Source of the DNA: Hyalangium minutum
GTDB taxonomy: Bacteria > Myxococcota > Myxococcia > Myxococcales > Myxococcaceae
Assembly (NCBI RefSeq): GCF_000737315.1
Contig: NZ_JMCB01000016.1
Location: 1 to 64,000, forward strand
Length of the DNA stretch: 64,000 nt
Reading direction: 5' to 3'
The position numbers were made by a program, and so were the translations under genes. Positions within the stretch are counted from its first letter, which is position 1, and each line of letters starts with the position of its first letter. Below are positions 1 through 9,463 of this stretch, in pieces. The notes under the pieces are model-generated. The model was not told the DNA's origin. It saw only the letters and a list, made by a program, of their open reading frames with translations, and searched no databases.

Positions 1-3000
1 CCGGCCAACGGGTCGAGGACCAACAACAACAGGCCGACGTACACGGGCACGGCGGAGCCCAACAGCACGGTGACGGTGATTGTGGACGGCACCTCGGTGG
101 GCACGGTGGTGGCGGACGGCTCGGGGAACTGGAGCTTGCCGCAGCCGACGGCGCTGACGGATGCCTCGCACACGGTGAGGGCCACCGCGACGGACGCGGC
201 GGGGAACACCAGCGTGTCGTCGGCGACCCACACGTTCATCGTGGACACCACGGCTCCCACTGCGCCGGTGGTGACGGCCCCGGCCAACGGGTCGAGGACC
301 AACAACAACAGGCCGACGTACACGGGCACGGCGGAGCCCAACAGCACGGTGACGGTGATCGTGGACGGCACCTCGGTGGGCACGGTGGTGGCGGACGGCT
401 CAGGGAACTGGAGCTTGCCGCAGCCGACGGCACTGACGGATGCCTCGCACACGGTGAGCGCCACGGCGACGGACGCAACCGGTAACACCGGCCCGTCGTC
501 GGCGACCCACACGTTCATCGTGGATACGACAGCTCCGGCTGCGCCGGTGGTGACGGCTCCGGCCAACGGGTCGAGGACCAACAACAACAGGCCGACGTAC
601 ACGGGCACGGCGGAGCCCAACAGCACGGTGACGGTGATTGTGGACGGCACCTCGGTGGGCACGGCGGTGGCGGACGGCTCGGGGAACTGGAGCTTCCCTC
701 AGCCGACGGCGCTGACGGATGCCTCACACACGGTGAGGGCCACGGCGACGGATGCGGCGGGTAACACCAGCGTGTCGTCGGCGACCCACACGTTCATCGT
801 GGACACGACGGCTCCGGCCGCGCCGGTGGTGACGGCTCCGGCCAACGGGACGACCCTCAGCGACAGCACGCCGACGTACACGGGCACGGCGGAGCCCAAC
901 AGCACGGTGACGGTGATTGTGGACGGCACCCCGGTGGACACGGTGGTGGCGGATGGCTCGGGCAACTGGAGCTTTACGCCCGTGGTTCCGCTGGCGGATG
1001 GCCCTCACGCGGTGAAGGCCACGGCGACCGATGCGGTGGGCAATATCAGCCTCGACTCCGCCACCAACACGTTCATGGTCGATACGGGAGGCCCTGCGGC
1101 TCCGATTATCACCGCCCCGGCCAACGGTTCGATCACCAATGACAACACGCCGACGTACACGGGCACGGCCGAGGCCAACAGTACGGTCACGGTGATCGTG
1201 GATGGCACCTCGGTGGGCACGGCGGTGGCGGATGGCTCGGGGAACTGGAGCTTCACGCAGCCGACGCCGCTGGCGGATGCCTCGCACACGGTGAAGGCCA
1301 GGGCGACCGATGCCGTGGGGAACACCGGGCCCGAGTCCACCGCCAACACCTTCACGGTGGACACGGCGGCCCCGGCCGCGCCGATGGTGACGGCTCCGGC
1401 CAACGGCTCGACCACCAGCGACAACACGCCGACGTACGCGGGCACGGCCGAGCCCAACAGCACGGTGACGGTGATCGTGGACGGCACCTCGGTGGGCACG
1501 GTGGTGGCGGACGGCGCGGGGGCCTGGAGCTTCACGCAGCCGACGCCGCTGACGGATGCCTCGCACACGGTGAAGGCCACGGCGCGGGATGCTGCGGGTA
1601 ACACCAGCGCGGAGTCCGCCGCCAACACCTTCACGGTGGACACCACGGCTCCGGCCGTGCCGGTGGTGAGCACCCCGGCCAACGGCTCGACCCTCAGCGA
1701 CAATACGCCGACCTATACGGGCACGGCGGAGCCCAACAGCACCGTCACGGTCATCGTGGATGGCACGCCGGTGGGGACCATCCCGGCCGATGGCTCGGGC
1801 GCCTGGAGCTTCACGCCGACGGCGGGCCTGACGAATGGCCCGCACACGGTGAAGGCCAGGGCGACCGACGCGGTGGGCAACGTCAGCCCCGAGTCCAACG
1901 CCAATACCTTCACGGTGGACACGGACGTGCCCGATGCGCCGGTGGTGCTCACGCCGGCCAACGGCTCGATCACCACCAACAACAGGCCGACCTACAGCGG
2001 TACGGCCGAAGCCAACAGCACCGTCACCGTCTACGTGGACGGCACGTCGGTGGGTACCACGACGGCGAATGCGTCGGGGAACTGGAGCCTCGCGCAGGCC
2101 ACGGCGCTGGCGGATGGCCCGCACGCGGTGAAGGCCACGGCCATGGATCCGGTGGGCAACACCAGCCCGGACTCCGCCACGAACACGTTCACGGTGGACA
2201 CCACGGCTCCGGCCGCCCCGGTCGTCACGGCTCCGGCGGGCGGCTCGACGATCGCCGACAACACACCGGCCTATACGGGCACGGCCGAGGCAGGCAGCAC
2301 TGTCACGGTGATCGTGGACGGCACGGCGGTGGGCACCACCATCGCCAGCGCCACTGGCGCCTGGAGCCTCACGCAGGCCACGGCGCTGGCGGATGGCCCG
2401 CACACGGTGAAGGCCACAGCCACCGATGCGGCGGGCAATACGGGCCCGGAGTCCGCCACGAACACCTTCACAGTGGACACCACGGCTCCGGCGGCTCCGG
2501 TCGTCACGGCTCCGGTGGATGGCTCGACGATCGCCGATAACACGCCGGCCTATACGGGCACGGCGGAGCCCAACAGCACCGTCACGGTCATCGTGGATGG
2601 CACGCCGGTGGGGACCATCCCGGCCGATGGCTCGGGCGCCTGGAGCTTCACTCCGACGGTGGGCCTGCCGAACGGACTCCATACGGTGAAGGCCACGGCG
2701 ACGGACGCGGTGGGCAACGTCAGCGCCGAATCCGCCACCCACTCCTTCACGGTGGACGCCACGATTCCCCCCGCGCCCGTGGTCCTCACCCCGGCGAACG
2801 GCTCGGTGACGAACAACACCACGCCGGTCATCTCCGGCACCTCCGAGGCCAACGCCACGGTGACGATCTACCTGGGCGCGCAGCAGCTGGGCACCACGAC
2901 GGCGGATGCCTCGGGCAACTGGACCCTCACGGTTCCCACGCCGCTGGCCGAGGGTCCGTACGACGTCAGCGCCACGGCCACCAACGTCCTGGGCAACACC

Positions 3001-3330
3001 AGCGAGCGCTCCAACACGAACCGCTTCACCATCGACACCACGCCGCCCGAGGCGCCGGTGATCACCACCCCGGTGAATAACGCGGTGCTGGGCAACAAGC
3101 GGCCGGTCATCTCCGGCACCGCCGAGGCCAACAGCACGGTGACGGTGACGCTCGATGGCACGGTGCTGGGCACTGCCACCACGAGCGCCACGGGGAGCTG
3201 GAGCCTCACGCCCGCAGCGGATCTGGCCGAGGGCCAGCACACGGCGGTGGCCACCGCCACGGACGTCGCGGGCAACACCAGCAGCCCGTCCAACGCGGTG
3301 AGCTTCACCATCGACACGACGCCGCCGGAT
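1..3330 (+). repeat. Intragenic 279-bp tandem repeat array encoding Ig-like domains
   Basis: ccggccaacgggtcgaggacc ends at 21, 300 and 579 (period 279). The first three units are nearly identical; later ones diverge. Confidence 0.9.
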
Positions 3331-3702
3331 ACCACCATCGTCTCCGGCCCCGAGAGCGAGACCCAGAACCGGGACGCCACGTTCGACTTCAGCTCCAACG
3401 AGTCGGGCGTGACGTACGAGTGCAGCATCGATGGGGCTGCCTTCACGGCGTGCTCGGACCCGGTCACCTTCGAGGACGTGGCCGAGGGTCCGCACACCCT
3501 CGAGGTGCGCGCGAAGGACTCGGTGGGCAACGTGGATCCGACTCCGGCCACGGCCAGCTGGACGTACACCCCGCCGCCGTCCGACTGGGCGCTGCTGGGC
3601 AACGGCGTGGGCTGCGCCTCCACGGGCAGCAACCCCTCGTCGCTGGCGATGATGGCTCTGGGGGTGCTGTCGGTGGTGCTACTCCGGAAGCGTCGGCAGT
3701 AA
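1..3702 (+). CDS. Large surface protein with about 12 bacterial Ig-like repeats and a C-terminal MYXO-CTERM sorting signal (5' end outside window)
   Basis: Frame is open from base 1. 93-aa (279-bp) repeats APxAPVVTAPANG...PTYTGTAEPNSTVTVIVDG; C-terminus GCASTGSNPSSLAMMALGVLSVVLLRKRRQ (Gly-Cys, TM helix, basic tail). Confidence 0.92.
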   Translation, partial: PANGSRTNNNRPTYTGTAEPNSTVTVIVDGTSVGTVVADGSGNWSLPQPTALTDASHTVRATATDAAGNTSVSSATHTFIVDTTAPTAPVVTAPANGSRTNNNRPTYTGTAEPNSTVTVIVDGTSVGTVVADGSGNWSLPQPTALTDASHTVSATATDATGNTGPSSATHTFIVDTTAPAAPVVTAPANGSRTNNNRPTYTGTAEPNSTVTVIVDGTSVGTAVADGSGNWSFPQPTALTDASHTVRATATDAAGNTSVSSATHTFIVDTTAPAAPVVTAPANGTTLSDSTPTYTGTAEPNSTVTVIVDGTPVDTVVADGSGNWSFTPVVPLADGPHAVKATATDAVGNISLDSATNTFMVDTGGPAAPIITAPANGSITNDNTPTYTGTAEANSTVTVIVDGTSVGTAVADGSGNWSFTQPTPLADASHTVKARATDAVGNTGPESTANTFTVDTAAPAAPMVTAPANGSTTSDNTPTYAGTAEPNSTVTVIVDGTSVGTVVADGAGAWSFTQPTPLTDASHTVKATARDAAGNTSAESAANTFTVDTTAPAVPVVSTPANGSTLSDNTPTYTGTAEPNSTVTVIVDGTPVGTIPADGSGAWSFTPTAGLTNGPHTVKARATDAVGNVSPESNANTFTVDTDVPDAPVVLTPANGSITTNNRPTYSGTAEANSTVTVYVDGTSVGTTTANASGNWSLAQATALADGPHAVKATAMDPVGNTSPDSATNTFTVDTTAPAAPVVTAPAGGSTIADNTPAYTGTAEAGSTVTVIVDGTAVGTTIASATGAWSLTQATALADGPHTVKATATDAAGNTGPESATNTFTVDTTAPAAPVVTAPVDGSTIADNTPAYTGTAEPNSTVTVIVDGTPVGTIPADGSGAWSFTPTVGLPNGLHTVKATATDAVGNVSAESATHSFTVDATIPPAPVVLTPANGSVTNNTTPVISGTSEANATVTIYLGAQQLGTTTADASGNWTLTVPTPLAEGPYDVSATATNVLGNTSERSNTNRFTIDTTPPEAPVITTPVNNAVLGNKRPVISGTAEANSTVTVTLDGTVLGTATTSATGSWSLTPAADLAEGQHTAVATATDVAGNTSSPSNAVSFTIDTTPPDTTIVSGPESETQNRDATFDFSSNESGVTYECSIDGAAFTACSDPVTFEDVAEGPHTLEVRAKDSVGNVDPTPATASWTYTPPPSDWALLGNGVGCASTGSNPSSLAMMALGVLSVVLLRKRRQ

Positions 3703-3779
3703 GCCGCCTCACCGGAGCCAGGGGCCAAGGGGGCCGCCCAGCGTCTAGAAGGACCTGACGCCTGGACGGCCCCTTCGCG

Positions 3780-5351
3780 TTACACGCGCAAGACCGTGAC
3801 GCTTCGCCCGGAGGCAGTGAGGGCCTGCTCGAAGCGGCCGGGCGGTGTGGCTCGGGACTGCGCTCTGCGGTCAAAGAGGACGAGCACTCCCTCGGGCAGG
3901 CCCAGGCGCTCCAAGTAGCCATCGAGCTGAACCAGGCCATCGGAGAGTGGGTCTGCCTGGTTCTCGCGCCAGAGCTTGAGTTCCACGGCGTGGAGCTGCC
4001 ATCGGCGCTGCTCCTGATCCTGGTACGGCCAGCGCACCAGCAGGTCGATGCGCCCCCGGCCCACGCCGTATTCACGGTCCACGAAGCCTCCGCCGTTCAC
4101 GACGCACTGGAGGAAGGCCATGAAGACGAGCTGGGGTGCCGCTTCATGGTAGGGCACTCCCGCGGTGAGCACCTCGCCGTGCTGCCGCCAGAAGACAGTG
4201 AATTCGCGCAGCAGCCGGTCGAAGTCGAGCCGTCCATCGGGAAGCACGAAGCTCTTGGGCTCTGCCTCGACCTGGATCTCCACCGAGCCTGCCAGCACGC
4301 GAGCAATCACCTCGCGGTAGATGGGGTTGGCTACGCGCAGTGGGTTGTTAACCGCGCACAGGCCCAGGTCCCGCAGGTACTGGACGTCCTCCGAATAGGT
4401 GTCACTGGTCGTGACGTCACCCGCGAGCAGCGGTTCGATGACGCGGCGGACACGCGGGTCATGGAGCTTGGCCATCAACGAGTCCAGGTGGGTGGCTCGC
4501 GCGAGGATGAGGCGCTCCTTGGCCGTCTCCACGTGGTCCACGGAGATGGGCTCGCTCTGCGGGACGGCGAGCTTCTCGGTGAGTTCCCGGGCCAGCGCGT
4601 TGACGAGCCAGGGTTGCCCACGTGTCAGCTCGAAGAGCCGGGAGAGGGCTGGGGCAGAGAAGGCCTGTCCCGTGTCGGCGGTGTACTGGGCACAGAGCTC
4701 CCGGACCTCCTGTGCGGTGAAGTCTCCGAGCCGGAAAGACTCGACCTTGATGTTGAAGGGGCTGGAGGTGCCCAGACGCTCGGGATTGCCGCCGCTGGCC
4801 GCCTTGTAGTCGCGCACATCCCTCAGGCCGCACAGAACGACCGAGGCCGGAAAGAAGGCAGGCCGATCGGGAAAGCCCTCACGGAGCTGGCGCAGCACGC
4901 TAAGGAGGCTCTGGCCACGCAAGGCATCGATCTCATCGAAGAAGAGCACCAGGGGGCGTGGGCAGGCGCGGGCCCAGGCGGTGAGCGCTGCACTCAGCAG
5001 CGAGCTGTTGGGAGCCGCCGGGAAGGGAGGCGGGTGCAGCTCCGAGGGCAGGTGGATCTCCGCGGCGCGGCGGAGGCCCGCGAGGATCGCCCGTTGCGCT
5101 TCGGCGAAGTCATCGCCCGCGGCCTCGCCCGTCTCACAGGAGAAATGGAGCGCGGCGTAGCGGCCCGAGCCTGTGAGGTGTGCCGCCATGGCACGCAGGA
5201 CGGTGGTCTTCCCTGTCTGCCGGGGGGCGTGGACAACAAAGTAACCCGATTGCTCAATCAGCCCCGCCGCTTCGGGGAGTCTGCGCTCCGCGGGAACCAT
5301 GTAGTGCCAGTCCGGGCGGCAGGGCCCAGCGGTGTTGAAGCGGCGTGGCAT
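3780..5351 (-). CDS. AAA-like ATPase with C-terminal PD-(D/E)XK nuclease-like domain
   Basis: Walker A APRQTGKT, Walker B LFFDEID, C-terminal GRGRIDLL...AVELK and QLDGYL. Likely start MPRRFNTAGPC at 5351. Confidence 0.82.
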   Translation of the reverse strand: MPRRFNTAGPCRPDWHYMVPAERRLPEAAGLIEQSGYFVVHAPRQTGKTTVLRAMAAHLTGSGRYAALHFSCETGEAAGDDFAEAQRAILAGLRRAAEIHLPSELHPPPFPAAPNSSLLSAALTAWARACPRPLVLFFDEIDALRGQSLLSVLRQLREGFPDRPAFFPASVVLCGLRDVRDYKAASGGNPERLGTSSPFNIKVESFRLGDFTAQEVRELCAQYTADTGQAFSAPALSRLFELTRGQPWLVNALARELTEKLAVPQSEPISVDHVETAKERLILARATHLDSLMAKLHDPRVRRVIEPLLAGDVTTSDTYSEDVQYLRDLGLCAVNNPLRVANPIYREVIARVLAGSVEIQVEAEPKSFVLPDGRLDFDRLLREFTVFWRQHGEVLTAGVPYHEAAPQLVFMAFLQCVVNGGGFVDREYGVGRGRIDLLVRWPYQDQEQRRWQLHAVELKLWRENQADPLSDGLVQLDGYLERLGLPEGVLVLFDRRAQSRATPPGRFEQALTASGRSVTVLRV

Positions 5352-5384
5352 GAGCAGCCCCCCTGTCAGGCCACTCACCGTATC

Positions 5385-5403
5385 CCCTACCTGAAGGGTA
5401 GGG
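5385..5403. promoter_or_regulatory. Perfect palindrome CCCTACC-TGAAG-GGTAGGG (putative operator)
   Basis: 7-5-7 inverted repeat between divergent genes; related copies at 20742 and 33465. Confidence 0.6.
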
Positions 5404-5494
5404 AAGGCCATTCAACCGGCCGAGGAAGCCCTCTCCCGCCGGGGAGTCCCTTTCCCTCTCCTAAGTCACACGCGGGCTGGTGTAGACACGGAAC

Positions 5495-5938
5495 ATGGCT
5501 GATAAGCGCCGCTTTGATCTCTTTGCCCAGTTCATCACCGAGCGCTTCCCCGCCCCCCGTATCTTCGACATCGCGGGTGGCCAGGGCCGGCTCAATGAAG
5601 CCCTGTCAAAGCTCGGGCGCACTGTCACCACCTTCGACCTGCGCCACAAACACCTACCTGTGCGTTTCGCTCAGCGTGCGTTCACCCTGGAAGAGCCGTG
5701 TGAGGCGGACCTGCTCGTGGGCATGCACCCGGATGGTGCCACCCGAATCATCATCGAATACGCCGCTCTCCACCGGCTGCCTTTCGCGGTGGTTCCCTGC
5801 TGTTCTGATAACAGCATGCCGTACAATCCCTGGATGCGTCACCTCGCGGAGCTGGCTCGAGAGCGAGGCTTTCCCCGGGTGCAGGAACACGTGCTCCCCA
5901 TGGATGGCCGAGCTCGCGTGATCCTGGGGGAGTTGTAA
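5495..5938 (+). CDS. Small class I SAM-dependent methyltransferase-like protein
   Basis: FDIAGGQG glycine-rich motif, TTFD, GMHPD and VVPCC motifs; 147 aa. Confidence 0.65.
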   Translation: MADKRRFDLFAQFITERFPAPRIFDIAGGQGRLNEALSKLGRTVTTFDLRHKHLPVRFAQRAFTLEEPCEADLLVGMHPDGATRIIIEYAALHRLPFAVVPCCSDNSMPYNPWMRHLAELARERGFPRVQEHVLPMDGRARVILGEL

Positions 5939-5950
5939 ACAGAGGGATTC

Positions 5951-8365
5951 GTGCACGTCTTACTCTTGAAGGTGCCACGGCCGCTGGAGCAAGAGCTGGA
6001 GCAGCGCTTCCAGCTCGACGGGGGAACGGCTCTTGCTCTCCAACTGCACCGCGCGGAGCGGCTGGAGGAGCTCTCCGAGTCCCTCGCTCCCTCCCTGGTC
6101 GTGCTGGCCGACCCGGGAGGGCCCCTCGATGAGCTCACCCAGCTCTGCCGCCAGCTCCGTGCCCGCCGCCCCCTCACTCAGTCGCACCTCACGCTCCTGA
6201 CCCAGCGGCCCTCCGCAGACCTCTCGTTGCTGGCTCGCGCGGGCGCGGATGAGTGCCTGGCCCCTCCTGGAGAGAGCTGGGGCGTGCGGCTCACCGCCCT
6301 CCACCGGCGCCTGCACCCGGAGGATCCTCACGTCCCGGATCTCGCCCGCCTGGAGCGGCCCCGGCTCAGCTCCTTGGAGGCGCTCTATGTGCTGCTCTCC
6401 AGCACCTCGGCGGAGATCGGCCATGACTTCTTCCAGCCCCTCGTGTCCCAGTTGGCCTCCGCGCTCCGGGTCTCCAGTGCCCTCGTCGGCGAGCTGAGCC
6501 CCGGTAGAGACAGCCTCAACACCCTGGCGCTCTGCGTGGACGGCGGCTTCCGCCGGAGCGTGTCGTGGCCGCTGCGTGGCACCATCCTGGAGCAGGTGGT
6601 GACGCACGGCAGCCGCCACCTCCCCGAGGGTGTCCGGTCCCACTTCCCGGAGGACCCCGTGCTCCAGCAGCTCAAGGCTGAGGGCTTCCTCGGCGTGACG
6701 CTGAAGGACGCTCAGCAGAAGCCCCTCGGCATCCTCGCCGTCGCGCACACCGAGCCCCTGGACGCCGGCCTCATCGACTACGCCCTCCTGGGCGCACTGG
6801 CGGCCCGTGCCGGCGCCGAGCTGGCGCGCCTGCGCGTCCAGGCCGAGCTGGAGCGCACCCGGGACTTCCTGCGCAACACCCTCAACGCGCTCCCGGATCC
6901 CGTCTTCGTCAAGGATCGCGCCCACCGGTTCGTCATCCTGAACAGCGCGTTCTGCCGCGTCTTCGAGCGCACCGAACAGGAGCTGCTCGGCATGTCCGAC
7001 TACGACTTGGTGCCCGCGCAAGAGGCGGACCTCTTCTGGAAGAAGGATGAGGAAGTCTTCGCCGCCGGGCAGCCCCGGGAGAACGAAGAGACGCTGACGG
7101 ACGGCTCCGGCAGCTCCCGGATCCTCAACACCAAGAAGGCCCCCTTCACCGCGGGCGGGGGCGAACCCTTCATCGTCGGCATCATCCGCGATGTCACCGA
7201 ATGGCGGAGGTTGGAGATGCAACTGCGGCTCACGGACCGGATGGCCTCGGTGGGGATGCTGGCGGCAGGGGTGGCTCACGAGATCAACAACCCCCTGGCC
7301 TATATCTCCTCCAACCTCACCTATGTCGCCGAGCACCTCGCGCACGAGGAGCTGACGCCCACTCAGCTCACGGAGCTGCGCGACGCCGTCCTCGAGTCGC
7401 TCGAGGGGGCCAGCCGGGTGCGCGTCATCGTCCAGGATCTCAAGTCCTTCGCGCGCGCGGACGATGAGTCCCAGGGCTCGGTGGATGTTCACCGCGTCAT
7501 CGAGGGCGCGCTGCGCCTGGTCCGCAACGAGGTCCACCACCGGGCCCGGCTCACACGCTCGTTCGAGCCCGTCCCCGCGGTGCGGGGCAACGAGGCGCGC
7601 CTGGGCCAGGTGCTCGTGAACCTGCTGGTGAATGCCTTGCAGGCGTTCCCTCCGGAGCGCTTGGCCGAGCAGAACAGCGTCAACATCGCCACCCGCAGCC
7701 GGGGCGAGTGGATCCTCATCGAGGTGGAGGACAACGGCCAGGGCATGAGCCCCGAAGTCCAGCGGCAGATTTTCGAGCCGTTCTTCACCACCAAGCCGGT
7801 GGGCATCGGCACAGGCCTGGGGCTCTCCATCTGCAACAACCTCATCCGCATCATGGGCGGCTGGATCGAGGTGCAGAGCAATCCGGGCTGGGGAAGCACC
7901 TTCCGGCTGGTGCTCCCGACCTTCGCGCCGAAGAGCGACGCCCCCGCCGCCACCGCGAGCACCGGGCGGGAGAAGACGGGCGCACAGGGGCTTCGCCGCA
8001 AGGTGCTCCTCATCGATGACGAGCCCGCCGTGGGCACCGCCGTGCGCCGGCTGCTGCGCGACTACCACGAGGTGGAGTCGCTCCAGGACGCGCGCGAGGC
8101 GCTCAAGCGCATTGCCAACGGCACGAAGTACGACGCCATCGTCTGTGACGTCATGATGCCGGAGATGACCGGGGTGCAGTTCTTCATGGAGCTGGAGCGC
8201 AGCGCGCCAGAGCTGGCGCGGCGAACCGGCCTCATGTCCGGCGGCGTGTTCAGCCCCCACGCCATCGAGTTCATCGAGTCCCGCGCCGTCGAGCTGCTCC
8301 ACAAGCCCTTCGAGCGCGAGGGCCTCCGGAAGTTCGTGGAGCGCCTGTGCGCCTCCATCCCCTGA
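5951..8365 (+). CDS. Hybrid sensor histidine kinase (pseudo-receiver, GAF, PAS, HisKA, HATPase, receiver)
   Basis: H-box AHEINNP, DNGQG, FEPFFTTK, GTGLGL, PAS VFVKD, C-terminal receiver IVCDVMMP. Confidence 0.92.
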   Translation: MHVLLLKVPRPLEQELEQRFQLDGGTALALQLHRAERLEELSESLAPSLVVLADPGGPLDELTQLCRQLRARRPLTQSHLTLLTQRPSADLSLLARAGADECLAPPGESWGVRLTALHRRLHPEDPHVPDLARLERPRLSSLEALYVLLSSTSAEIGHDFFQPLVSQLASALRVSSALVGELSPGRDSLNTLALCVDGGFRRSVSWPLRGTILEQVVTHGSRHLPEGVRSHFPEDPVLQQLKAEGFLGVTLKDAQQKPLGILAVAHTEPLDAGLIDYALLGALAARAGAELARLRVQAELERTRDFLRNTLNALPDPVFVKDRAHRFVILNSAFCRVFERTEQELLGMSDYDLVPAQEADLFWKKDEEVFAAGQPRENEETLTDGSGSSRILNTKKAPFTAGGGEPFIVGIIRDVTEWRRLEMQLRLTDRMASVGMLAAGVAHEINNPLAYISSNLTYVAEHLAHEELTPTQLTELRDAVLESLEGASRVRVIVQDLKSFARADDESQGSVDVHRVIEGALRLVRNEVHHRARLTRSFEPVPAVRGNEARLGQVLVNLLVNALQAFPPERLAEQNSVNIATRSRGEWILIEVEDNGQGMSPEVQRQIFEPFFTTKPVGIGTGLGLSICNNLIRIMGGWIEVQSNPGWGSTFRLVLPTFAPKSDAPAATASTGREKTGAQGLRRKVLLIDDEPAVGTAVRRLLRDYHEVESLQDAREALKRIANGTKYDAIVCDVMMPEMTGVQFFMELERSAPELARRTGLMSGGVFSPHAIEFIESRAVELLHKPFEREGLRKFVERLCASIP

Positions 8366-8371
8366 GCGGGC

Positions 8372-9463
8372 TCAGTTGACGTTGTACCAGTGCGCGAAGA
8401 GGAAGAGGAACATGCCCTGTAGCAGCGCTCCCGCGCACACCGAGGGCATCAGCAGCGCGGGGCGCCGGGCCAGCCACGCACCGAGCGGGAGGAACGCGGG
8501 CCAGCAGGAAGCGCTGTAGCGGCCCAGCCCCGCCAGCCCCACCGTCCACAGGGTGAGCATCAGCCCGGCCGCGAACGCCGCCAGCACTCGCCACCGGGGC
8601 TCGCGCAGCAGCATCACCGTGCCCGCAGCGGGCACCAGTGAGAGCAGCACGTAGAGGTACACCTCCAGCGGCAGAGACTGCCCGCGCAGCAGATCCGCCA
8701 GGCCGAACCAGGCCAGGTCCCCCCAGCCCTCCTTGCGGTGCGTCCACCAGGCGAACGGCTCGCCGCGCGTGGCGTACAGGTAGAGCATGTAGAGCGAGGC
8801 CAGCGCGAATGGCAGCACGAGCCCCAGGAAGGCCCGGTGGAGCAGGAAGCGGCGCGGGTGCAGGCCTCGTTCCTTCACCTGCGCGGCGAGCAGGGACAGA
8901 CCCGCGACGATCGTCAGGTGTCTCGCCAGCACCCCGAGCCCGAGCACCCCGCCCGCTGTCACGTGCCGCCCGCGCATGGCCAGGAGCATGGCCCCCGCGC
9001 TGGTGAGCACCATGAGGGACTCGGGATAGCCCGCGGCCTGGAAGAAGGCGAACGGGAAGGAGGCGAAGAGGATCAGCCCCGAGCGCGCCACCTCCTCGCC
9101 CTCGGTCTCTAGGAAGACGCGGTACACCGCGAGCAGCGCCCCCAGCCCCGCGAGGTTCCCCAGCACCACCAGGGCGTGCGGCACCGACAGCCCCGTCACC
9201 AGGGACAGGCCCTTTCCCAGCAGCGGGAAGAGCGGGAAGAAGTTGGTCCAGAAGGGCTCCCGGTACCCCTCGAGCGCGATGTGCGTGTAGTACAGGCAGT
9301 CCCAGCGGCAGAGGCCTCCCAGCGAGGGCACGTCGAGCAGGGGCGGGCCCTCGAAGTGCAGCCGTGGGTCCATGCGCAGCGACCAGCTCGTGAGGGCGAG
9401 GATCGCCGCGCGGGTGAACAGGAACACCCCCACGGGGAACGTGGCCCAGCCCAGGCGGCTCAT
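8372..9463 (-). CDS. PIG-V/mannosyltransferase-like GT-C membrane glycosyltransferase
   Basis: Real ORF begins MSRLGW at 9463; RWDCLYY, NFFPLFPLL, YPESL motifs; many TM helices; ATGA overlap with upstream gene. Confidence 0.82.
   Translation of the reverse strand: MSRLGWATFPVGVFLFTRAAILALTSWSLRMDPRLHFEGPPLLDVPSLGGLCRWDCLYYTHIALEGYREPFWTNFFPLFPLLGKGLSLVTGLSVPHALVVLGNLAGLGALLAVYRVFLETEGEEVARSGLILFASFPFAFFQAAGYPESLMVLTSAGAMLLAMRGRHVTAGGVLGLGVLARHLTIVAGLSLLAAQVKERGLHPRRFLLHRAFLGLVLPFALASLYMLYLYATRGEPFAWWTHRKEGWGDLAWFGLADLLRGQSLPLEVYLYVLLSLVPAAGTVMLLREPRWRVLAAFAAGLMLTLWTVGLAGLGRYSASCWPAFLPLGAWLARRPALLMPSVCAGALLQGMFLFLFAHWYNVN

Noticed and set aside
724-3495. 923-aa antisense ORF and many other long Arg/Gly/Ala-rich shadow ORFs (e.g. 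5960-8302, 50522-52720, 54837-56711)
   Set aside because: Stop-poor opposite or alternative frames of real high-GC genes, with no motifs.
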